Of a stretch of 64,000 nucleotides of DNA, positions 42,250 through 51,248 are shown piece after piece (position 1 is the first letter of the stretch; each line of letters starts with the position of its first letter). The translations under genes were made by a program, and so were the position numbers. The DNA is from an uncultured Desulfobacter sp. (GTDB lineage: Bacteria > Desulfobacterota > Desulfobacteria > Desulfobacterales > Desulfobacteraceae), in the NCBI GenBank assembly GCA_963665095.1, contig OY762069.1:288001-352000 (forward strand), in the 5' to 3' direction. The notes below the pieces were generated by a model. It had not been told where the DNA came from and did not search any database. It saw only the letters and a program-made list of their open reading frames with translations.

Positions 42250-43694
42250 CACTTTTCCTCCATTGGCAAGTAGGCACAAGGCATTCCGGTTGCTGCATAA
42301 TCGGACAAGAGCTTTTTAAGCAGGGCCGGTTCTGATCCGGACAGGGTTTCATGGCCAGGGTTAATTTCATCCGGAGTGGATTTGATACGACGGATTGCTG
42401 AAGCATTCTTTGTCTTGTCCTGGGGATAAATTGCGGCAAGCTTATTTCCGGTTCGTTTATCTATCAGCCAGGCAACCGATTTATCCCAGGAGCAAAAACA
42501 GACATGAAGACGCTGGATATGATTAAACCGTGAAGGGATTTCAAACCGGATGCCCATCAAAGAGATGGTACCATCGGACAGACGCTGTTTTCTGGATTCA
42601 CAGGCTGTAAACGAAAATTGAAGCTGTTCAGGTTCCGGTGCAGGACGTGACACATCCTTGCCGTCAAGGGCGCATTGCAATGGCGACATATGAATTTCAT
42701 CATGGGTTGACTTGTTGTATTCCATCTCGATCCAGGCCTGGGAGACCTGATTTAAATATACCAGGGTCAAAGAATCCATCCGGCTCAGCATGGCGATCAA
42801 ACGGCCTTCAAGTGTACCCCAAAAGGCTTCCTGCTTCCCATTTTGATAGGGCGAGTATGGCAACGTGGTCTCATGACTGACGCCCAATCGTTTAAGTCCG
42901 TTGCCGGTTTCATGAGCAATCATGGCAGAACCATTATCTGTCATCAAGGCTCTGGGAAGCCCTCTTTTGTAAAACGCCTGGGACAAGCCGTGGATCAAAA
43001 CCTCTGCCGTTTCATTCAAATACCATTGAATATGACAACACAGACGGGAGCGATCATCAAGAATGCACAATGCCTTGGGCGTATGCCACTGACCTTTTTC
43101 GTCCACCACGCGCCTGCTGCATTCGTGAAAGTCCAGATGCCATAATTCATGGATGTTTTCGGTTTCATAACTACGGACTTCATACGTTTCTAATCGCTTA
43201 AAAGCTGATTTCTGTCCGGATGTTTGATTTTTGTTCTTGGAAGCCTTTTTTCTCCAACCCCGTTCAACCATACGCCTTCTCACACTTGCATAGGACGGCG
43301 GATTCTCACACAGGCCCTGTTCAGCGATTTCAGCTGCCAGGTTGTCGCAATGAAGCTGATAGCTCCATTGCGGATAAGTGTTGTACTGGACACCAAGAAG
43401 GCGGATCAATTCAGCATTCAATGCTGTGGATTTGCCCATATCTGAACGAACTTTACGGCCCAGAGCCAGAATTGGGTCCTGGCAATTTTTTGCCCTGTAA
43501 TACCAGGCCTCAATTGTGGAAAAATGAAAACAGGTCGGTTTGTTCGTCACAGGATGAGAATAGATTTGACCTGCGAGCCGGGTCAGTTCATTTTGCAACT
43601 CTCCCTTTGCCGGAGGGCGTGCCAGTAAACCGCCGATAACCGAAAAGCGAAATAATGCCCACAGGTCTGCCGGGTGCTGTGTTTTACCACTCAT
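42249..43694 (-). CDS. DDE transposase (rve core, Mu/IS481-like)
   Basis: WHLDFH, ILDDRSR, TDNGSAM and PYSPYQNGKQEAFW motifs; C-terminal Mu-like beta domain. Confidence 0.9.
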   Translation of the reverse strand: MSGKTQHPADLWALFRFSVIGGLLARPPAKGELQNELTRLAGQIYSHPVTNKPTCFHFSTIEAWYYRAKNCQDPILALGRKVRSDMGKSTALNAELIRLLGVQYNTYPQWSYQLHCDNLAAEIAEQGLCENPPSYASVRRRMVERGWRKKASKNKNQTSGQKSAFKRLETYEVRSYETENIHELWHLDFHECSRRVVDEKGQWHTPKALCILDDRSRLCCHIQWYLNETAEVLIHGLSQAFYKRGLPRALMTDNGSAMIAHETGNGLKRLGVSHETTLPYSPYQNGKQEAFWGTLEGRLIAMLSRMDSLTLVYLNQVSQAWIEMEYNKSTHDEIHMSPLQCALDGKDVSRPAPEPEQLQFSFTACESRKQRLSDGTISLMGIRFEIPSRFNHIQRLHVCFCSWDKSVAWLIDKRTGNKLAAIYPQDKTKNASAIRRIKSTPDEINPGHETLSGSEPALLKKLLSDYAATGMPCAYLPMEEK

Positions 43695-43800
43695 AAATCA
43701 GGCTCCTTTTTAATTTCAGGTTAAAATTTCGGATCAACGTCTGAAATCAGGTGGTAAAACAGCCTGCATATATTTGTCTATGTTCATCCTCTGCGCGAGA

Positions 43801-44376
43801 TTATCCGGCCCTGATTTTGGACCCGCCTGATAAGATTATCAGGCTTGATACAAGTGCGTTTTCGGCGTTGGATTTCACCGCCCGGCAATAATTGATGAAA
43901 CTTGACGGCAGACGGCTGTTACTGACACCAGCGGATATCTGCCCCCGAAGCCTTCGCCAGGTTCGGCTCACTGGAAATGTATCCTGAAAAAAGGCAAGCC
44001 AGCGGTTTATTGTGTTCCGGCTAATGCCAGTTCGTATGGACAAATCATAAACGGTGATTTTTTCATTGGTATTTTGCCAGTCTGTTAAAACACACAGAAT
44101 AACTGCAAACCAGTAGACTTTTCTCCCCAGAAAACGGCAGGACGGCGGCATCAATCTTTTGCGACACCCTTCGGTTCCACAACATAGGCTGAACTGAATA
44201 AAGAATTCCTCCGGCACGCCCTCAGGCTCTCCCCGGGGCTTGCGCATGTAATTGCTGAAATATAAGGGGCCTCCACAATGCGGACAAGGCAACTGTCTGT
44301 ACTGTTTTGCTGTATTTTTATCGATTTCGTAAAGATGGAAAAAAAGATTTTTGTTTTTAATAAGTTCTGATAGCAT
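43801..44376 (-). CDS. Zn-finger + HTH accessory protein (DUF6431-like) of transposon A
   Basis: CPHCGG..LCCGTEGCRKR and ISRNTINRW; AGGAG RBS; family assignment tentative. Confidence 0.7.
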   Translation of the reverse strand: MLSELIKNKNLFFHLYEIDKNTAKQYRQLPCPHCGGPLYFSNYMRKPRGEPEGVPEEFFIQFSLCCGTEGCRKRLMPPSCRFLGRKVYWFAVILCVLTDWQNTNEKITVYDLSIRTGISRNTINRWLAFFQDTFPVSRTWRRLRGQISAGVSNSRLPSSFINYCRAVKSNAENALVSSLIILSGGSKIRAG

Positions 44377-45290
44377 ATCTCCTGCCCTGTTAGGGTAATA
44401 GGGGCAGAAGTTCCATTGATTATTTGCGAGATAAACGGGGGAGCTTCTGCCTCATCCCTGGCATATCTTGCAAATTATCTTTAATTTTTCCATGATTTTT
44501 TGTGATCATTCTCAGTCATCATTCGATTATTGATTTGAAGTTCCAGGATGGCATTATCACCTTTCGAACCTGACCACTCCACACAAAAGCCAATCTCAAT
44601 GCGATCAAATATCCTGTTTAAAAATAATTCATAATCCCTAAGGACGGTCCGATCCGTTATTTTATCGTGGATTAAATCAATATAGGACTGTCGATAATAC
44701 TTCATTAACCCAAGAAACATGTTTAGACTAACTCCTCTTTCTCTATGTTTTTGTGCTTCAACAATGCCAAACATAGCGATTGGGTCATCATTCCTATCTT
44801 CTTCTGGGGTTAATTCTGGAGCAGTCGTATTTGCTTTAAGCCCTTGTAGAATGGAGCCAGTTAAGCCTGATATCGATAGTCGCCAAGCTTCCTTTAAAGT
44901 TGACGTGTAAGCTGAATACCCTTGCTTTAATGCATACTCAAGTATTCTGCTCATCAACCATTCTTCATTGTCTATGAAGATTGACTCTAATAGTTTATAT
45001 TTTGATTGTTCATTTTCATGTTGTGTTTTTTTCATACTTCTTATTTTACACAAACCAACGCTGAAAAACAATAATCCAAAAACTCAGCTAATAAGAACCC
45101 ATAAATAATGGTATTTAAGAACTCCTAAGCCTATTTTGAGGCGGCGGTCATTATTTTTGTTATTGGTGACATATATCGAAAATCTGGAAGATCAAATCAA
45201 TGTGTTGAGTCGCATTTTATCCTGACTTAAATTTTCTAATTATTTTGAACAGATTAAATCTTTTCCATATTATTTAAGACAGCTACAGAA

Positions 45291-45460
45291 GTCGCTGCGC
45301 TCCTTCTCAGTAGGTTTTTAAGGCATAGGCAGAACAGCTTGAATAAAGCAGAAAGGGGAAGCAGGTAATCCCCACTTCCCCTGGCGCATTATTCAATGCT
45401 GCCTGCTTCCGGCTATCCCTTACCAGGTTGCTCCTCAGCAGAGCCCGGCTCCGTTTCACC
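45291..45460 (-). ncRNA. Candidate conserved structured RNA in the downstream end of transposon B
   Basis: Homologous to 41057-41233; no ORF with a start codon here; same stems preserved by wobble or compensatory changes. Confidence 0.55.
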
Positions 45461-45495
45461 GAAATCGTAATATTCTGCTCTATGGCTGTTTTTTC

Positions 45496-46305
45496 TTAAA
45501 AAATCTCCGATGAAGCAATGCGGACATGCTCTGCAGATACCGTCATTGATTTTTCTGCCGCAGCAGCAATCAATGAGCCTCTGGCAAGATTATTCGCCTT
45601 TCGTAAAAGGCCGCCGGAGCCTTGATGAATCGCAGTCACCGCCTGGTCAGAAAAAAAGTTGGTGTCAACACCGCATAGTTTTAAATGATGGATCAGGTAA
45701 GTTTTCATTCCAGCCACATCCAGACCATCCAGATGGCTTTTAGCCACAATCCTGGATGCAAACGGGATTGACGTCCGGTACTGAAGCTTATCTATCAATG
45801 TCGGCTGACCTGCAAGGATCACAGGCAGCCAGGGCATGGCGTCTTTTTCAAATTGAACCAGGGTGTGAAGTTCGGCAAAGACTTCCATGCGAAGCAGAGA
45901 TGCCTCATCTATAATCAAAACGGTTTTGATCTTTTTTCCCAGGACGAATTCACGTATTTCATTTTTAATAATGGAGATCATAACAGCGCGGGACGTCGAT
46001 GTCCGCTCTATGCCCAGTTCTTCAACAATCTGCCGGTAAAGTTCCATGATGGAACCGCTTGAGGCCGTAACATAAAAGACTTTGTATTCCGAAGGGTGTA
46101 GGGATGAGGCGGCATACCTTAAGGCGGTGGACTTTCCGCTGCCCACATCCCCTGTGATAACCGCACTGCAGCCAAGTCTTAAGGAATAATCAATCCGATT
46201 TTTAACGCCCGAGACCTCCGGGGTGACCAGGATATCATTGATTTCTATCTGTGCCGGGAAGGCCTCCCTATATAAGCCAAAAAAGGTACGATACATTTCA
46301 CTCAT
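45496..46305 (-). CDS. ExeA-like AAA+ ATPase of transposon B
   Basis: YRTFFGL..AF, GDVGSGKS, VLIIDEA and ILAGQP motifs; ATGA overlap with the transposase. Confidence 0.88.
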   Translation of the reverse strand: MSEMYRTFFGLYREAFPAQIEINDILVTPEVSGVKNRIDYSLRLGCSAVITGDVGSGKSTALRYAASSLHPSEYKVFYVTASSGSIMELYRQIVEELGIERTSTSRAVMISIIKNEIREFVLGKKIKTVLIIDEASLLRMEVFAELHTLVQFEKDAMPWLPVILAGQPTLIDKLQYRTSIPFASRIVAKSHLDGLDVAGMKTYLIHHLKLCGVDTNFFSDQAVTAIHQGSGGLLRKANNLARGSLIAAAAEKSMTVSAEHVRIASSEIF

Positions 46306-47558
46306 AACAGTTGCCCTCCCTTGTAATTTGAGGGTTCAGGCATAATCCGGATATCATTTTCGTTCCAGCGGTGCCGCTTGACCCGACAGTTCACAGCAAG
46401 GTCCACCGGGGTTAACAAGCCATAAGACTTTGCTTTATAGATAACTTCAGCCTGCAAAGGGGTGTCCTCATGGTACTTTACATCCACATGTCTGCCGATC
46501 AGCGCAACCGGGGCCTCAAACATGTTGCCGTCAAGGGTTATGGTTCGGTCCTTTGCCACCTTGCGCCGGGCGGTTTTGCGGAAGTGGTCTTTCAGATCCG
46601 GTGGGGCGGTACGGATGCACTCCATGGCCGAGGTAAATCTTTTAAACGGTGATTCGCCTGTGGAGCTGTGTTTACGCTGATGGTACTCATTATGAAGCCA
46701 CTTCTCAAATGCCCCATTCAGATCATCCAGGGTCTTACCTGTAAATCTTTGCAGAAACTGAAGCCGAACCGTTCTGAACCAGCGCTCGATTTTACCTTTC
46801 CCCTGGGGCTTATATGGCCTTGCATGGATTAAAGCGATGGACAGAGACGCTGCTACATATTTTAAATGATGGGATCTGAACGCAGGACCGTTATCTACAT
46901 ACAGCTTGCGGGGAAGCCCACGGCTCAAAAAAGCCTGCTCCAGCACCATAAGATAGGTCTTCAGATTCTCAGATAAATAAAAACCTGCAGCCGTAACCAG
47001 CCTGGAATGATCGTCCATAATGGCAATCAGGTACGTTTTTCTTTGCTTATCCTGAACCAGGACTGTAGGGCCGTGCATGACGTCGCTTTGCCACATATCA
47101 TTGGGGTGCGGGGCTTCAAACTTTCTTCTATCCTCTGGCCGGGCCGTGTTCATTAGCCCCCGGCCGCGTAAAAAACGGTATACACTGGATGGACTGTATG
47201 TCTGGCATGTAGTTTTTTGAAGTGAACAGATCAATGTATCGACTGTCGCATCAGGCTGGTCTAACCGGAGTTTGATTAGTTGAGATGCAGTCTCGTCATC
47301 GAATACCCTTGATTTTCCCTGGTCTGAACGGTCTTTGGGGTAAAGAGACTCTATTCGACCGTTATACTGCCGGACCCATCCCAGAATCGTACTTCTGGAA
47401 AGCCTGGTCCTTCCAGAATACGGGATGGACCATTTGCGGGCGCACTTCTGCTGTAAAATTCGTTCTTTTTCACCGTAATCAAAATTTGTTCCGGTCACAA
47501 ATTCACAAATGACCCCAAACCTGAACACGGCAACCTCTTTTTTCTGATTTTCTGTCAT
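46302..47558 (-). CDS. DDE transposase (rve core, Mu/IS481-like)
   Basis: WQSDVMHGP, IMDDHSR, YVDNGPAF and PYKPQGKGKIERWF motifs. Confidence 0.9.
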   Translation of the reverse strand: MTENQKKEVAVFRFGVICEFVTGTNFDYGEKERILQQKCARKWSIPYSGRTRLSRSTILGWVRQYNGRIESLYPKDRSDQGKSRVFDDETASQLIKLRLDQPDATVDTLICSLQKTTCQTYSPSSVYRFLRGRGLMNTARPEDRRKFEAPHPNDMWQSDVMHGPTVLVQDKQRKTYLIAIMDDHSRLVTAAGFYLSENLKTYLMVLEQAFLSRGLPRKLYVDNGPAFRSHHLKYVAASLSIALIHARPYKPQGKGKIERWFRTVRLQFLQRFTGKTLDDLNGAFEKWLHNEYHQRKHSSTGESPFKRFTSAMECIRTAPPDLKDHFRKTARRKVAKDRTITLDGNMFEAPVALIGRHVDVKYHEDTPLQAEVIYKAKSYGLLTPVDLAVNCRVKRHRWNENDIRIMPEPSNYKGGQLL

Positions 47559-47661
47559 ACTTCCTCCTTAAAATTTGGTTCTAAGGGCTTGTATGACAGT
47601 ATGATCCTTCGGTAAATCACAGCCTTCGGTAGGGTGGTTTAACCCTGATCCAGCCCCATGG

Positions 47662-48108
47662 TTAAATTGAACTAGTAACCGGGATTTTACCCATACCGAT
47701 TAGCTTGATAAAACCAGCAACCACACCTTTGTCCCAACTGTTGGACAGGTAGGCCGCTATATTTCGTTTCAATGCAGTAAACCAAAAATGCTGTCGACTC
47801 CAGGAGAGTTCCGGCAGATACCGGTCTGTGTATAGACGACTCATAATGCTGGTAAGGATTTGCCAGATACTGGCCTGGAACCTCTTGAAAAAACCATATG
47901 GCTTCAATTTGAATACGGTTTTGCAATAGGGGCAGCGATATCGCTTCAAATACACCCCTTGATCAAATCCATCAAAAAAGGAGAGTACAAAGCCGTGTCC
48001 CCACAGCCTGGAGTCGTTGCAATGTGGACATCGTGACGGTTTTGGCCATGTAAAATTTTTGCCCTGCTTGAAAATTTGCTTGATATCAGCTTTGACCTTT
48101 ATTATCAT
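47662..48108 (-). CDS. Zn-finger accessory protein (DUF6431-like) of transposon B
   Basis: CPHC..LWGHG..RYRCPYCK; same position as the Zn-finger ORF of transposon A; family assignment tentative. Confidence 0.7.
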   Translation of the reverse strand: MIIKVKADIKQIFKQGKNFTWPKPSRCPHCNDSRLWGHGFVLSFFDGFDQGVYLKRYRCPYCKTVFKLKPYGFFKRFQASIWQILTSIMSRLYTDRYLPELSWSRQHFWFTALKRNIAAYLSNSWDKGVVAGFIKLIGMGKIPVTSSI

Positions 48109-48459
48109 TTTTATGGTTGTTTTGGGATTTTATAAATCCCGGTCTTAAGGGCGAGGCTCTGCAAAGCTTTTCGCCCTTTTCATTTTTGTCAGAATGCTTT
48201 GATCAGAACCTGTACAGGATAATTTGAGAAAAATGGAACTTTGTCAATTTAATATGAAAAATTTGGCGGGTTTTTGTTCAGGTTATTTCGGGAATCTACA
48301 AATGGATCTTAGGTGAAGACTACCCCAAGACAAGTACCTATCCCTGTCAATATTTTTTCAGGACTCTTATGGAAAAATTGGATTTGGATCTGATCAGGTT
48401 AGCGTTACACAAAGGGAAATAAAGAGGCCTGTCATATATCACTTGCTTTAAAATAAATT

Positions 48460-48740
48460 TTATGGCCTTTTTTGTGGATCCTGCCGATTATCGAAAACCG
48501 AATGAATTATAATTTCAAAATTTTCAATCGTATAAAAAATAGAAAAGGGGAAACGTCGGATCGGGCAGCCCCGGAAATGTGAATACCTTTTTTGATACAT
48601 CTTTGGGTTTTTTGAAATGTTTTTACTGCAGCTTCAACACAGTCCAGAAAGTCTGACCCCAATCCTCTTTTTTGCTCTTCGTACCATAAAATCCCCAGGT
48701 CGATTTCAGTCAACGCACGGTCAGTATAACGGGTGATCAT
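48460..48740 (-). pseudogene. RelE/ParE-family toxin with single-base frameshift
   Basis: WYEEQKRGLGSDF N-terminus; adding one A in the run at 48620-48624 gives ..NPKMYQKRYSHFRGCPIRRFPFSIFY..HSVFDNRQDP*. Confidence 0.8.
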
Positions 48741-48970
48741 TTGAATCCGTACTTTGTCCTTAACTCATCGTGAACGGACTGGCAGTCATAGGTTTTTAGT
48801 TTGCCTGCTTTGTATTCGACATATCTTTTGTCAAGCTCTTGTTTTTGCCATTCCGGCAATGGATGATTGCCAGTTTCCTGGGCTATGGAATCCCATATAT
48901 CGTTTACTAACAGCAGCTTTTCAGAAAAATTAAGTTTATCAATTTCCTGTCTTATTTTTTCCTGTCCCAT
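48737..48970 (-). CDS. Addiction-module antitoxin (TIGR02574-like)
   Basis: EKLLLVNDIWDSI..LPEWQKQELDKR motif; GGAGG RBS; ATGA overlap with the toxin. Confidence 0.85.
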   Translation of the reverse strand: MGQEKIRQEIDKLNFSEKLLLVNDIWDSIAQETGNHPLPEWQKQELDKRYVEYKAGKLKTYDCQSVHDELRTKYGFK

Positions 48971-49333
48971 TAATACCTCCTTCTGGTTAGAAGAACTGCC
49001 TAATTATAACGTCTAAGCGCTCATTTTGGCAATAATCCATTTCGACACATATATAAATCATTCAATGTCAGATGCCTTCCCATAATATCCTGAGATAATA
49101 CACATATGTTTCATATGTTTAGAGAGAGGACTACGTAATTGACCAGATCAATTTTCTGGGTCGTCGCCTACCCCGGACTTTCCCTGTACTTCCACACTTT
49201 TTAAATCCTCAAGTAAGGGAGCAATATTACGTGTATCACGGAATTTCCGATCCATCTCAATTCGAATTTTCCTGGAGAGTTCAAATGGTATGATTGAACT
49301 CTTTTCTGCAAAATATCCAGCCACTATATGTTG

Positions 49334-51248
49334 GTGCGCCACGAGGGCGCAGGATACCAGCGGATGAAAGTTCCGCCCGGGAAATTATCGGTTCATCCCG
49401 GTAGCGACCCAGACAGTGGGATAGGGAGACCTTCCTGCTGAAGCTCTGGGGACAGATGTAAGCCTATAGGGCTGCAGCAACCTGGCAGGCCGCAACGTGA
49501 GTGAACCTTGAGCAGGCCTCGAAAGGACAGTCGTGGATGCCGACCCGCCCAACATTCGGGGAAGGCCGAAGCGGAACGGGGATGTAACCGATCCACTCGT
49601 TTCGATCCACCGGGGTAATGAGGGCAGCATGCCAGGAAGGTATTCTGGGTAACGTGGGAGACCCGTCCCGAATGCGGAGTAGTGACCCGCAACAATCCAT
49701 TCGTGAATTGGTTCGGGCGGGAGTCGGAGAGGGCAATAGTACCGATGATTCCGGGTAATGCCGGTTGAGGGAAGTGCCCTTACTTCTGATGTTCTTTTGA
49801 AAGAAATGAGATGAGGTGATTGGCTATGGGCCTAGAAACACCAAACAGGATTCGGACTTTCCAGAGAAAGATTTACCTTAAGGCGAAGTCGGAACCGGAC
49901 TATCGATTTTATCTTCTTTATGACAAGATATATCGACCCGACATCCTTTTACATGCCTATTTGTCGGCAAAGCTGAATAAAGGCTCGGCCGGAGTAGATG
50001 GGGTAACCTTCAAACAAATTGAAGAGAAGGGGCTCGGAGAATGGTTGTCCGGGATCAGAAATGAATTACGTGAAAAGACATACAAGCCACAGCCTGTTTT
50101 ACGTGTAATGATCCCAAAACCAAATGGGGGGAGTCGTCCGCTTGGGATTCCTACCATAAGGGACAGGGTAGTTCAAACCGCAACCAAACTGGTCATAGAG
50201 CCTATATTTGAAGCAGATCTTGAGCCCAATACATTCGGCTATCGTCCAAAACGCAGTGCTTTGGATGCCATCCAAATGGTCCACCAATTGCTTTGCCAGG
50301 GTTACACCGATGTTGTTGATGCGGACTTGTCCAAGTATTTTGACACGATTCCACACAGCGAATTGATCAAGTGTGTAAGCCGCAGGATTGTGGATCGTAA
50401 TGTGCTCAGGCTGATTAAATTATGGCTCAAAGTGCCGGTAGAGAAGCGGGATAAAGATGGCCGGGGGCAAATGAGCGGCGGCCGGAAGAATCAACAAGGA
50501 ACGCCGCAAGGAGGCGTTATCAGCCCTCTGCTGGCCAATATATACATGAATCGATTTCTGAAATACTGGCGGATCAAAGGATGCAATGAAATCTTCCGTG
50601 CTCGGATTGTCTCATATGCGGATGATTTCGTTATCCTGAGCCGAGGCAGGGCGTCAGATGCGTTGAATCTGACCGATGCCGTTATGACGCGACTTGGACT
50701 CAAATTGAATCAGGACAAGACCGTCATTGTAAATGCCCAAAACGGGGATTTTGATTTTCTCGGCTATACCTTTGGGCAGATCTGGTTTCGGAAAACAGGA
50801 AGAAGGTATATGGGGGCAAGTCCATCAAAGAAGAGCGTGAAACGGTTGAAACAGAAGGTGAGAACTATTCTGCGCCCTGGTGAGAAGGGCGCATGGCCGG
50901 ATGTTAGAGATCGGCTGAACGACCTATTGCAGGGTTGGAGTGCTTACTTCTGTTACGGCACGACCCAGATAGCCTATCGTGCTGTTGAACGGCATGTCTA
51001 TAATCGCGTCAGACGTTTTCTGGTCAGTCGGCACAAAGTGCGTTCACAAGGCATACGCCGGTTTCCATCACAGAGAGTATTTGGTGAACTTGGGGTACTC
51101 TTACCGAGACCGATGAAACGTACCGTACGACGTGTGCCTTAAGGTGAAGTCAGTCGGAAAGCCGGATGCGGTAGCACCGCACGTCCGGTTTGATGAGCAG
51201 GGGCAGGAAACGGAACGGATTTGTCACCGCGCTTGCCCTTGACTCTAC
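49334..51248 (+). mobile_element. Group II intron (bacterial IIB-like, no endonuclease domain)
   Basis: 5' GTGCG; domain V AAGCCGGATGCG..CGCACGTCCGGTTT at 51159-51191; 3' end GACTCTAC; flanks rejoin to match the uninterrupted repeat at about 26965-26990. Confidence 0.92.
49820..51142 (+). CDS. ltrA: Group II intron reverse transcriptase/maturase
   Basis: AGVDG, RPLGIPTIRDR, GTPQGGVISPLLAN, YADD and FDFLG motifs; maturase X domain; no HNH. Confidence 0.95.
   Translation: MAMGLETPNRIRTFQRKIYLKAKSEPDYRFYLLYDKIYRPDILLHAYLSAKLNKGSAGVDGVTFKQIEEKGLGEWLSGIRNELREKTYKPQPVLRVMIPKPNGGSRPLGIPTIRDRVVQTATKLVIEPIFEADLEPNTFGYRPKRSALDAIQMVHQLLCQGYTDVVDADLSKYFDTIPHSELIKCVSRRIVDRNVLRLIKLWLKVPVEKRDKDGRGQMSGGRKNQQGTPQGGVISPLLANIYMNRFLKYWRIKGCNEIFRARIVSYADDFVILSRGRASDALNLTDAVMTRLGLKLNQDKTVIVNAQNGDFDFLGYTFGQIWFRKTGRRYMGASPSKKSVKRLKQKVRTILRPGEKGAWPDVRDRLNDLLQGWSAYFCYGTTQIAYRAVERHVYNRVRRFLVSRHKVRSQGIRRFPSQRVFGELGVLLPRPMKRTVRRVP

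Larger units (their letters stand above)
40974..44514 (-). mobile_element. Transposon A: Zn-finger ORF + DDE transposase + ExeA-like ATPase + small ORF
   Basis: TGAGA..TCTCA imperfect terminal inverted repeats; 5-bp target duplication GTCAT (40969-40973 / 44515-44519); interrupts a gene. Confidence 0.9.
40341..45035 (-). pseudogene. PAS-containing sensory protein split by transposon A (5' part 44515-45035, 3' part 40341-40973)
   Basis: Removing 40974-44514 and one GTCAT copy restores the in-frame ..LQINNRMMTNEKNKYLTIFESIPNPVIIL..; C-terminal LLPICSHCKKIRDDKGYW..FSHGICDDC motif. Confidence 0.88.
45203..48300 (-). mobile_element. Transposon B: Zn-finger ORF + DDE transposase + ExeA-like ATPase
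   Basis: TGTTGAGTCGC..CCTGA versus rc end TGTAGATTCCC..CCTGA imperfect inverted repeats; AATG duplicated at 45199-45202 / 48301-48304. Confidence 0.85.

Noticed and set aside
45415..45460. Hammerhead ribozyme reading of the transposon RNA (GAAAC and CUGAGGA on the minus strand)
   Set aside because: There is no stem I or cleavage triplet between the motifs, and copy A has CUGGGGA, which breaks the core
41425..46305. Type II secretion system, suggested by the ExeA-like ATPases
   Set aside because: Both ATPases are coupled to transposases inside inverted repeats, and no secretion genes are present
49321..49336. NrdR-box-like CCACTATATGTTGTGC formed when the intron is removed
   Set aside because: Single site, no ribonucleotide reductase genes nearby, and the left repeat copy matches worse
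49148..49342. 64-aa ORF over the repeat fragment
   Set aside because: Its start lies inside the intron and the frame is broken in the left copy, so the repeat is treated as non-coding
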